NCBI RefSeq assembly: GCF_004010195.1
Contig: NC_057718.1
Span: 104,809,349 to 104,829,348 of the forward strand
Length of the DNA stretch: 20,000 bases
DNA from: Chiloscyllium plagiosum
Lineage: Eukaryota
Reading direction: 5' to 3'
Shown: piece after piece, positions 9,145 through 18,729 of the stretch
How positions within the stretch are numbered: position 1 is the first letter of the stretch
How the letters are laid out: the number at the start of each line of letters is the position of its first letter
The notes under the pieces: generated by a model
Told to the model about the DNA's origin: nothing
Databases searched by the model: none
What the model saw: the letters and a program-made list of their open reading frames with translations, nothing else
Made by a program: the position numbers and the translations under genes

Positions 9145-9775
9145 TCCCATAACCTGGGATGTGGTGTCACTGACAGGGCAGCATTTATTCCCCGTCCCTA
9201 GTTACCCCTTGAGAAGGTGGGGGTGAGCTGCCTTCCTGAACCAACGCAGCCCATGTGCCGGTTTTAAACCAGTTTCTACCCGACTGTTGTTAGAATACTG
9301 AATGGACTCTCAAACTCTTTACACGTACCTGTGTTTTAGTTTTTGCCGCTGTTTACCTGTTATTTACCTATCTACGCTACTTAACTCTGTGAGCTGCCTG
9401 TATCGCTCGCAAGACAAAGCTTTTTCACTGTGCCTCGGTACACATGACAATAAATTAAATTCAATTCTAATGTGGTGTAGGTAGACCCACAAAGTCCTTA
9501 GGGAGGGATTTCCAGGATTTTGACCCAGTGAAAGTGAAGGAACAGAGATATATTTCCAAGTCAGGATGGGAAGTGGCTTGGAAATGGTGATGTTCCCATG
9601 TATCTGCTGCCCTTGTCCTTCTGGTTGGAAGTGGTTGTGGGTTTGGAAGGTGCTGACTGAGGATCTTTGGTGAATTTCTGCAGTGCATCTTGTAGACAGC
9701 ACACACTGCTGCTACTGGGTGTCGGTGGTGGAGGGAGGGGATGTTGAAGGTGGTGGATTGGATACTGAGTCCTGA
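9145..9775 (-). mobile_element. L2/CR1-group LINE 3' end, interrupted by a Rex1/Babar fragment
   Basis: The minus ORF reads STTFNIPSLHHRHPVAAVCAVYKMHCRNSPK...GSKSWKSLP...PTPH. It resumes across the insertion into KAAHPHLLKG and a tail shared with the SINEs at 1429, 11410 and 18030. Confidence 0.75.
9258..9469 (+). mobile_element. Rex1/Babar-type LINE 3' end
   Basis: RF*TSFYPTVVRILNG C-terminal motif, ttttcactgtgcctcggtacacatgacaataaa, a short (aattc)-like tail, and flanking ATGTG direct repeats (9253-9257, 9470-9474). Confidence 0.7.
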
Positions 9776-10339
9776 AAGTGAAGCACATACACACAATCTC
9801 TTTTCCCATCGTGGATCTGTGCATTTGCCTCTAACTAGAGTATCCCCTGTGAGAATCTTACTTTGCAAATGTTGGTGTCAGTTTTGATGCTGCCTGTGGC
9901 CAGGATAGGCCACGACAATAACAGTAAAACCCTTACAGCATTTCCAGGGTTGAACATGTCCGCCGCTCAAACTCAAGACAATTTCCCGTTGTACTCACAT
10001 TGTCCTGCAGCAGCTGATGGAGTCAGTATTTTGGGGAACATCACCTTCCACTTCTTTCCTGCTGCCCCTATTTCACGGCTTTGGGAATCCTGTAATTCTC
10101 TGCTGGTGTGTTCACTTCCCAAATCCTGACCGTTTTCTCTGACTCGTGCCTGTGCAGTTTCTCTGAGATCACCTTGAGCCAGCCATGCTCGCTGTTCTCT
10201 CCCTTTATAGATTGGTCAGCAATAGCCCTTGGGTTGCTGCTGTGTGTTTCACTGAGCTGCACTCTCGCACACGGCCAGCTGGAGGCGCAATGATTTCCCT
10301 CCAGGTGTATGTTTCTCGGGGAGAGGGGGCAGTTCAAGG

Positions 10340-10583
10340 GGTAACAGTGACCTCGTGGTAATGTTGCTGCCCCAGTAATCCCAAGGCCCAGCCTGAAGGT
10401 CTGGGGGGACAGGTTCAAATCCCACCAAGGCAGCTGCTGGTATTTAAAATCAATTCATAAGATTCAGGATTGAAAGGTGGTCTCAGTAATGGTGAGCTTG
10501 AAATGATCATTGATTGCTGTTTTAAATAAAAAAATCCAGTTCATTGATGGAAATCTGCCATCATCACCTGCTTGGCCTCCATG
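10340..10583 (+). mobile_element. 5' part of a tRNA-derived SINE, family of 1429 and 18030
   Basis: B box ggttcaaatccc, and ggaaatctgccatc..cacctg..tggcct shared with the other copies. Confidence 0.65.
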
Positions 10584-10742
10584 GATATCTCTGTAGTAGT
10601 GTTCAGGTTTACTCTCCATATTTAAGAATGTGAGCTATGAATTCAGAGAGGATTAACTTGATTGGCACCTCTGCTGGAGCCTTATCCAATGAGGGAACAG
10701 GTTGGGCCTGTATCAGTTATAGTTGAGAACAAGGGGGAGGTA

Positions 10743-10932
10743 GGAGATAGTGAGACCTGCAGATGCTGGAGATCAGAGTCAAGAGTGTGTTGCTGGAAAA
10801 GCGCAGCAGGTCAGGCAGCATTCGAGGAGCAGGAGAGACGACGTTTCAGGCAGACTTTCCTGATGAAGGACTTATGCCCGAAACATCAAATCTCCTGCTC
10901 CTTGGATGCTGCCTGACCTGCTGTGCTTTTCC
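10743..10932. mobile_element. Palindromic PLE-derived insertion with TSD and central hammerhead
   Basis: 58-bp imperfect inverted arms at 10795-10852 and 10875-10932. TSD AACAAGGGGGAGGTA (10728-10742) / AACAAGGGGAGGTA (10933-10946). Confidence 0.85.
10856..10890 (+). ncRNA. Minimal hammerhead ribozyme motif, decayed
   Basis: CTGATGA(10860-10866) - A - GGAC TTAT GCCC - GAAA - CATC - AAA. Homologous to 7900-7935, with a stem II mismatch and CpG decay. Confidence 0.7.
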
Positions 10933-11121
10933 AACAAGGGGAGGTAATCTTATTGAAACATAAGATCCTGAGGGGACTGGGCAAGGTGGATACTGGGAGA
11001 GACGAGAACTAGGCGATAAACTATTTAAAATAAGGGCTCTCACATTTTTTTTAGGGTAATGAGTCTCGGAAGCTCTTGCTCAGGCAGCGGTGGAGTGGAG
11101 GGTGAGTGAGTATATTTTAAG

Positions 11122-11216
11122 TCTGAGGTAGGGAGTTTCTGAGGTAGGTAGGTAGTTTCTGAGGGAGGAAGGTAGTTTCTGAGGGAGGGAGGTAGTTTCT
11201 GAGGGAGATAGCTTCT
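11122..11216 (+). repeat. 20-bp-period minisatellite (gaggKaggDaggtagtttct), about 4-5 copies
   Basis: Full units at 11141-11160, 11161-11180 and 11181-11200, with shorter flanking units. Confidence 0.9.
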
Positions 11217-11409
11217 TAATTAAGAAGGCAGTCCCAGGTTACTGGGAGTAGGCAGGAAAACCGAGCTAAGGCCACAGTCAGATCAGTGATGACTGAGCAG
11301 GTCCAAGGAGCCAGTAGTTTTAGTGATTTGGTTTGCAGGATATGGCCAAGCCAGCATTTATCAGCCATTGCAGATTCTGCTCTGAATTTGTGTGTGTTGT
11401 ATGTGTGTG

Positions 11410-11535
11410 TATGTGATTCCAGACCCAGACCAATGCCCTCAAACATTTGAGCAACTCACTCCATTCAAGGGCAGTTAAGGATGGGTATCAACTGCTAGGC
11501 TAGCCAGGGTCACCCACAATGCACGAGAGAATAAA
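11410..11535 (+). mobile_element. 3' part of a tRNA-derived SINE, family of 1429
   Basis: atgtgattccagaccca...caagggcagttaaggatggg...cacccaca...gaataaa. Confidence 0.6.
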
Positions 11536-11682
11536 GTGTTGCCTGGAACTGGCTTGACTTGCTGGTGTCTGAAGTGAAACCCTGGGATGAAGTATTTGTT
11601 CAGGGCATTCGGCCTGTTTTAGTCAGACAGTGAATATTACAATTGAATTGATATGTCCTTCGTTTTAACTAATTCTGACCTG

Positions 11683-11797
11683 TTTTTCGGATTGACCTGT
11701 TCAGAAATGTCGTTACACACCTCTGGAGCAAGTGGGACTTGAACCTGGCGCTCTCAGTTCAGGGTTAGGGACACTTGCACTGCACCACAAGTGGACC
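11683..11797 (-). mobile_element. Short tRNA-derived SINE, family copy 3
   Basis: Minus strand cttgtggtgcagtgcaagtgtccct...ggttcaagtcccac (B box)...ctgaacaggtcaat. Confidence 0.7.
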
Positions 11798-12004
11798 TTG
11801 ATGTCTACTTCGATCAGCTAATGACACATATTTAAAAGGCCATTCTCCTGCCATTTCACCAGCAGCTTCAAAGTCCAGGAAAACCTGGAAGCGGCTTTCT
11901 GGAAAACTGAAATTGATTTTAATAACATTTATGATTCGTGTTCCTTTTCAAACGTCTGATGAAGTTTATCAATGCAGAGTGATTCCAACAGTGTGTGAAG
12001 AACT

Positions 12005-12126
12005 CTCCTTCTCAACCTCTGCCCTCACAAGAGGCGCGGTGCCTCTTTGGTTAAACCCCCACCAGCCATCTCTCTAATGAACGAGCAGCGCTGAGCTCCT
12101 CTGGGATTATGGTGATGTTACCTTTA
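12005..12126 (+). mobile_element. SINE 3' fragment related to 18730-18872
   Basis: gaggcgcggtgcctctttggttaaacccccaccag versus gaggtgtggtgaccctcagattaaaccaacaccag. Confidence 0.55.
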
Positions 12127-13172
12127 ATCGATAGTATTTAAAAGTCCTTTAATATTGAAGTTGGGCAAGTCCAGTTGGTGACTGTCAGAATGCCGATATT
12201 ACAGCAGAATCTGTTCAGGATTTTCCCAAACTATATCTGGATATTTTTGTATAATTAGTGTTCAACAAAAGAAATGATTGTGTTTTTTAACATTTCTAAT
12301 GCTGCTTCTGATTGAACAATTATTTATTGGGACGTGACATGCACAGATTGATAACAATGTGATCATCTGCTTCAGTACGTACCTCATTAATTGTATTTCA
12401 GACACTTTGGGACAATATGACGTCTTCTATAAAACAGTTTAGTTTCCTTTGTGTCTGGCAATGATAGTACATGTACTCGAGGATAGTTTCAGTGATGAGG
12501 GTAAGTAACCAGAGAAATAACCAGTGTAACCAGTCTGAGAGGTGGGAAATATTTCCGAGATTGTTCCTTCAATTAATAAGTTTGATCCACACAAACTGAG
12601 AGATTCATTAAAACCTTGTTGACTGTGGCCTCTACCTTTTCAGTTTATTTCTTTATAATTACATAAATTGATATTAATTCTGTGCCATTGACAGTAAATC
12701 TACTGGGGTTACAATTAGCAACATCTCACCGTGAGTATAATTGGGAATTAGTAAATTCAAAGAGAGTTGTGTTCTGTACACATCACCAGCTAAAGCAAAT
12801 GCTCCAGAGTCTGTGCTTCTGAAATGATTTTCAGGTAATTGCCTGGCACTCTGTGTCAGACCGGTCTGCAGGCTCTGATTTATGTAGTTTGATGCTCTCC
12901 CTGTTTAACTTCTGGTCCTGGTTAATTTGTGGCGCTGCGGTTAATTGTTGCTGTGATTGCACGGGCCTTTATGCTCAAGAATTTCTGGTCTGTGTTCACT
13001 TTCTCCCACTGAGGAATCTGAGATTTATTCGTTTACAGTTGGATCCAGACAGAAACTGTTCACCTTTTTAGTAAACTGAAGCGTTTAGTTACAGGCTTAC
13101 AACCTTTTGTGTGTTCCCAGCATTATTTCAATTCAGAGTTTAATGTTCTTAAGAATTTATTTTGTAGTGAAT

Positions 13173-13207
13173 CTAATTGAACACCTGGTTTCTTTCTTAA
13201 TTTTCAG
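13173..13207 (+). other. SERTAD2: Branch point, polypyrimidine tract and 3' splice acceptor of the SERTAD2 coding exon
   Basis: CTAAT (13173-13177), then an AG-free tttctttcttaattttCAG|ATAT ATG. The exon begins at 13208. Confidence 0.85.
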
Positions 13208-13211
13208 ATAT

Positions 13212-14108
13212 ATGTTGGCAAAAGGAACAAAACGGAAATTTAGTGAACATGAAGATGGGCTGGAAGGCAAAGTGTCCTGTGGGCATGTTCCTTCCAAGGT
13301 GTCATACACCTTACAGCGCCAGTCTATCTTCAACATTTCCCTCATGAAACTTTATCAGCAGCAACCATTAATGGAGCCCAGCCTGCAGAAGACGGTATTA
13401 ATTAACAATATGCTGAAACGCATTCAGGAAGAACTGAAACGGGAGGGGAACTTGCGACCTGTGTTCATTGCCCCCTCTCAGTCCAGTGACACACTCAATG
13501 ATAATTACAGAGAGGTCCAACCTGCCTTCAATCATTTTCCTTCCCCTCCAGTCCAGGTGACTAGCAGCACCCCTCCAGACCTGTGCCTGACACCAGCCTC
13601 TGACCTGGAGGAAGATCCCTTCAGCAGCTGTCAGAGTGTTACACTCGGTCCCAGCAAGCCACAGAACCATTCACGCAAAGACAGTTTCTCTTCAGCCTTG
13701 GAAGAAATTGAAGAGCTATGCCCATCCTCGACTACCACAGACTCGAAGGTCAGCAGAGGGCATTTAAGTGAAGGTGGCAGTGAGAAACCTGCAGAGATAC
13801 AAGAGAACAGAGCATCAGAGTCCAGGCTCACAGACCCTTTACCGGGCAACTTTGAGATTACCACCACAAGCTTCCTAACTGACCTGACACTTGATGACAT
13901 TCTGTTTGCAGACATTGACACCTCGATGTATGACTTTGATCCCTGTGCGAGTGCCACAGGGCCAACGTCCAAAATGACTGCAGTCACAGCAGATGACATT
14001 CTGAAAACATTATCTCCTTACAGTAGCCAATCAGTGACTCCAAGTCAACCTTTCAAAATGGACCTTGCGGAGCTGGACCACATCATGGAGGTTCTAGTCG
14101 GGTCTTGA
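13212..14108 (+). CDS. SERTAD2: SERTA domain-containing protein 2 (TRIP-Br2), 298 aa, single coding exon
   Basis: MLAKGTKRKFSEHEDGLEGK; SERTA domain YTLQRQSIFNISLMKL...SLQKTVLINNMLKRIQEEL; KDSFSSALEEIEELCP; FLTDLTLDDILFADIDTSMYDFDPC; C-terminus FKMDLAELDHIMEVLVGS. All closely match mammalian SERTAD2 as recalled. Confidence 0.97.
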   Translation: MLAKGTKRKFSEHEDGLEGKVSCGHVPSKVSYTLQRQSIFNISLMKLYQQQPLMEPSLQKTVLINNMLKRIQEELKREGNLRPVFIAPSQSSDTLNDNYREVQPAFNHFPSPPVQVTSSTPPDLCLTPASDLEEDPFSSCQSVTLGPSKPQNHSRKDSFSSALEEIEELCPSSTTTDSKVSRGHLSEGGSEKPAEIQENRASESRLTDPLPGNFEITTTSFLTDLTLDDILFADIDTSMYDFDPCASATGPTSKMTAVTADDILKTLSPYSSQSVTPSQPFKMDLAELDHIMEVLVGS

Positions 14109-15772
14109 TGCGGCAGAAACACCAAGGACTCGGGTTTTATAGGCTGTTTGCAGATAACATTCAAATAATTATTGTTTTAAAATGTGATGGAATCACTGCA
14201 AATTCTGTGCATGCCTCTATAAAATAACAATTACACTAGATATTGTTTCTGTAGAGTTGAGAATGTTTTCATCTGTGTGTCCTCTAGTATGGTTTTAAAT
14301 GTTTTATTAATCATTGCTTTGTTACTCTGATTACCTGCTGTCGATGAGCATTGGGTTCAGAGAGCAGGTCTGACGTGTTGTGCATCGTACACACGAAGCC
14401 TAAGGGTCATATCATAAACATGATGGCAAGTCAGTAAGTCAGACTGTGGAGGTCTCAATATTTTTCCAGTTGTCTTTTAGTTCAGACATTCATTTTGTTA
14501 TTAGCTGACTGTGGCTCTTTTAAACTGTATTCTGTGTTTGTTTGTTTTTAGTTTTTGTACAGGATTGGCAGTTGATTGTATCTTTTTCTGAAATACCTTT
14601 TGATACACGGGACGTAGTTATTTTGCTAGGAAGTGCCCTCACCAAACCCGGTGAAGTTGAGGTGAACAAGGGTCACTTCTATTTTTTATACACAATGTTC
14701 ATGTAGCAGGTGCAAGGGGAATATTAAGAGCATCTAAGATGATAAGCATGCTATTAATGAAAAGATTTGGGGTCAGGAAAATGTATTTTAACTGTATTTT
14801 AAAGAACAGAACTTGTCAGGAATAATTGTCCCTTTCCCAGCATGTTTGACTGAACCCTAAATTCATCACTTACAGCATTACCTATACATTCCTCCGAGAT
14901 GGTTCATTATCATCATCTGGTTCAAAGTTGGATGAGCTGCACCTATAGGCTCTGATTTTGCTGGATCCTGTCCTGTTAACAGTGTCGGGTTTTTATGTTT
15001 CTTGTCCTGGAAGTTTCTGGAAGCAGTGGGAGGAGCTTGGTGATTGGCTGGACCAACGGTCTGTTTCCTTAACTGATGAGGTGAAAGAATTGTGAGAAAT
15101 GAACAGGGAGGGATGAAGAAGGGGGTGAATGAAAGTAAGTGATTTACTGTCAAATTAGATACACAAAGGGAAGTTAAGGAAGGGAATGAAAGATTAATAT
15201 GACTGGGAGAAAAGAGAAACCAGAAAATATTCACTTTTTAGACATTTTTAAAATCATTTCCAAACTTGTTCACTTTCTGGGGTAGATAGGTTGATTTGAA
15301 GTCTTTGAGCAATCATTGGTGTTGGTCAATAGGTAATTACATTGATAATTACGAGACTCCAGTTCCTGCATATTAAAGGAACCATTAGTGCTGAAATATA
15401 ATCACTTCATGAAAATCACACAGGTTGAAAGCAAAATGTTGTTTCCATGAAAGAAATGGAATGGTACAAAGCTTCTGGCAACTTGGGTTTTATGTGAAAT
15501 CTTTCCTTGCTGTGAGCTGATGACATTCACACACTCTTTGTTATTTAGTCAGTAAAATCTGAGTGCCTCTTGTATTTTTCTCCAGCTATTCCCAATCATT
15601 TCCTTAATCTATTGATTCTGGAGCAGGAGCTCCTCACACTGCAGCACCCTGTTTGTACCTTAGAGACGTTCAACAACAAGAAACCTATGCAATTGGGTGA
15701 AATGAACAATATAGATGTCTTGCATTTTCTGAAAATCTAAGGGCAATAACCTGGTGCTATGTTGACCATTTT

Positions 15773-15793
15773 GGGGGGGGGGGGGGGGGGGGG
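15773..15793 (+). repeat. G21 homopolymer
   Basis: Direct read. Confidence 0.9.
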
Positions 15794-17829
15794 TGAGATT
15801 CAAGTTAGAATCAGACCAAATGGATTTCCAGTTAAATAGCAGGAATTGGGCTAAGCCAATCTGGTTGTGCTTTTTACTTCCTAGCTGTTCCTGCTCACTG
15901 AAATCCCACAGTGTGGGAGGGTGTATGCCTTTATAAAAATAAGCTTATCTTCCTCCAAAAAGGGTTTTCAAAGCATCTCAAATCCAGCTGGGTTTGCTCT
16001 GATTGTAAAGTGCAGCAGCACGTTGCAACTCTATACAGGGCAGTGCTGGGAGTGGGGCTTTTTAATTTAAAAACTGTTCCAAAAACCAGCAATAAAGTTT
16101 TTTTTGTGTTTGTTGAAAGGTTTTATTGCAGCCTGAGGAAAGTACCTGATTCTTCTATTTTACCGATACTTTTCAAAAAACAAGCTTGTGTAAAGTGTTC
16201 AGTCGACATTGACCAGAGTGCTGCTTGCACTTCGTTGTTAGCTGTGATTCTGTCGATGCCTTTTTGTTGTTGCACCTCAGTAAAGCTTTTCTGAGCCTCT
16301 GTACTGAATTCAACTACAGAGCATCACGTTGTGTTTCCAGTCGGAGCGGTGCTTCCTTTTGTATTATTCTTTAGCCCGGTTTCTGAATAAGAATCTCCCT
16401 CTTTTTTTTCCCCCCTCACAACCATCTCCCCCACCTCCCACTTTAGTTTTAAAGAATCAAATTTCAGGCAAAATCTGAGCTCTATGCATGACTTTTACAC
16501 TGAGTGTAATGACGCTTTCTACAGCTGATATTTATGCATAGACAAGCATATTTGGTATTTGTCTTGTAGATCGCTTTAAAGATGATTGGAATGTACTATG
16601 CATAATGCCAAATTATATCATTGCATTCTAGCTTTTGTTATTTTTTAACGATACCATGGCAGTTGTGTGAAAACTCCAACGTTGTATTGTTGCAATGCAT
16701 ATGGCTAATTCAGGAGTCACTCTTTTTAAATTAATTTATTTAAGAATGTTTAAATTATGTTTGGTATCCCATGTTATATTATCTGTTTAAATTCTACTCT
16801 TTGTCCTTGCAATGAAAATGGTTTGTTGCTGTAACTGTGACTATCTTTGGGTTTTTATGTTGAAAATTTGAAACTTTTTATAAACAAGATGAAGGACAGC
16901 CAGTGATTGGCTTTACTTGGCCCAGTTTCAGACTGTGTGTGTTTTTCCCCTGAAAAGCCAAGGCTTGGAATGTGTGGGTTACCACCAGAAATGGCTGATT
17001 TTGTAACGATCTACGGTGTCACCTTACAGGAGTTAAAGTATTGGGCAAATTCTCTTGTCCAATTGGATGAATCAGATAAATTATTGAGCTTTGAATTGAT
17101 TGGGAACTAACCAAAAAATGATTCCTTCCTTCAGGTAAATTCACTATGCAGTTTGTATACTCTCTCTGATTTTAGGAATATTAGGACTTTCAAATTAACT
17201 GTTTAAATTTAATACAGATGTTTTAATGGGGATTTTTTTAAGCACACTCAGAAGTGGCCATTTCAAAATGGTGCCAGTGTACAAAAGCTGTTTAATGTAA
17301 AATGTACAGTGTTTGGACAGTAATGATAAATACTATAAACTCAAGGACCATGCAGCAATGTCTCATTGGTTCCTGGAAGGTAACACCAACAACAAGAACA
17401 GAGTAGAACAAGAACTTTAATTGATATCTCTCCTCATATCTTATTTATTCTCTTTGTAAATATATTTATTTTTATTGTGTAGCCAGCAAAATCTGGATTG
17501 GATGTGTACAGAATGTATGTCTCGTAGGAATGTATGTAGGATCAGGAATGTACATTTCTATGCTGATCAGCAGAAGCCATAATCCGAGAGATTGTTGTGT
17601 CCAAGTTGTCTTGAGGTTCCCTCAAGTGCATCTCACTTCTATCAAGGCAGTAACACCACAATGTCCTGCCAGTCTCGGATCTGTGCCTTTTTCTATGCAA
17701 TATTTCAATATAGACATCTGGAAAGCAAGGTTACTGTATTCACAGCACGCCAAGCTGTAATTGACTCAATGCAATTAGACAAATGTCAGTAGAGTTGAGC
17801 AGTCTTACTTTTGTAGTTTTTTATTCAAC

Positions 17830-17835
17830 AATAAA
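17830..17835 (+). terminator. Polyadenylation signal AATAAA (distal)
   Basis: Preceded by U-rich ttttgtagtttttta containing TGTA, followed by T-rich sequence. Confidence 0.7.
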
Positions 17836-18029
17836 CTTTAAAATCAAAGCTATTTTCTCAAGCACTGTCATTTCAAATAGACTGTTTCCGAAATAGATCA
17901 AAGACCCAGAATGATCAAGTTGAAACTTGTATTTGAGAAGCACGGAACAAATTAATGATCATTTTTTCATTTGGGCATGTGGGTGTTTGGGGCAAAGCCA
18001 ATGGGGAAGTTATGGCTGATGAAAGGAGC

Positions 18030-18280
18030 TGGGTTTGAACCCTACCACAGCAGGTGCTGGAACTTTGAATTCAATTTCAAAAGGAAAATCTGGAGCAGGG
18101 AGTCTAATGATGACTATGAATCTGTTGCCAATTGTCGGGAAAACCCATCTGATTCCCTAACGTCCTTCAGCGATGGAAGCTACCATCCTTACCTGATCTG
18201 GCCTACGTGTGACCCTAGACTCACTGCAGTTGACTCTTTGACTGTTAGGGATAGGCAATAAATACTGACGTAGCCAGTGG
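18030..18280 (+). mobile_element. tRNA-derived SINE, family of 1429 and 10340
   Basis: gggtttgaaccc B box, aaaacccatctgattccctaacgtccttcag, and tail tagggataggcaataaat. Confidence 0.7.
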
Positions 18281-18479
18281 GTAATCTTCCTCAGCCGTAG
18301 CAATGGGGCTGCAGTGGTTTTATCAGAGAGAGGCCGGGGGAGGTCAGCAAATGGCTGGAGGGGTTAATAATCTGGAAATGATTTCTTGTTCCTCTCTGCT
18401 ACCTGGTACCTGTTTAAAGGTGGACAATTCTCCTCGTAACTACTTCTGTCATTCCAACTCATTGCTGATCATTCACCAC

Positions 18480-18580
18480 AGGACCATGTTCTCACGCTGT
18501 CCCCATACCCCTGACATCACTAATATCTAGCAATCAATCAATCTCTGTCTTGAACATATGTTGGCTGATCCTCCACAGAT
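18480..18580 (-). mobile_element. CR1 fragment
   Basis: tccccatacccctga...aatcaatctctgtcttgaacata resembles the reverse complement of CR1 FKTEID..LD...GYG. Confidence 0.5.
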
Positions 18581-18729
18581 CTGAGACACAGTCTCTGGCT
18601 CCTCCACATCCTGATAAATAAGGAGACCCAGGTCCCTTTGAACATTGATGCTGCTTAAATCTCTCAGCATTTAAGTGACACTCAACGTGTATCAAACTGA
18701 TCGGTCACCTATCGCACCCCTGGGTGCCA

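Larger units (their letters stand above)
10600..11315 (+). mobile_element. Degenerate CR1 LINE 3' end hosting a PLE hairpin and a minisatellite
   Basis: tattgaaacataagatcctgagggg (LIET.KILRG-like), agaactagg, and 3' UTR cagatcag, similar to 1-600. Confidence 0.65.
14109..17855 (+). other. SERTAD2: Probable long 3' UTR of SERTAD2
   Basis: AT-rich and free of recognisable TEs, with ARE and Pumilio motifs. It ends at AATAAA 17830-17835 (alternative AATAAA at 16091-16096). TEs resume at ~17960. Confidence 0.7.

Noticed and set aside
11122..11216. CRISPR-like array
   Set aside because: Head-to-tail units with no unique spacers, inside a vertebrate LINE.
10340..11535. One SINE split by an ~830-bp CR1 insertion
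   Set aside because: The halves are roughly collinear, but no clear TSD was found and an inverted tail fragment (~11335-11370) intervenes. Left as separate fragments.
12310..12440. Old Deu-SINE 3' tail
   Set aside because: Similarity is too patchy to support without an alignment.
13107..13211. 35-aa N-terminal extension of the SERTAD2 ORF in the ORF track
   Set aside because: It begins at a non-ATG codon and runs through the branch point, pyrimidine tract and acceptor. Homology starts at MLAKG (13212).
13398..13999. Antisense ORFs (90 aa and 122 aa) over SERTAD2
   Set aside because: Shadow ORFs of the coding strand with no recognisable motifs.
14878..17792. Short ORFs in the 3' UTR region (e.g. 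15911-16294)
   Set aside because: No domain-like content or splice support; consistent with random ORFs in AT-rich UTR sequence.
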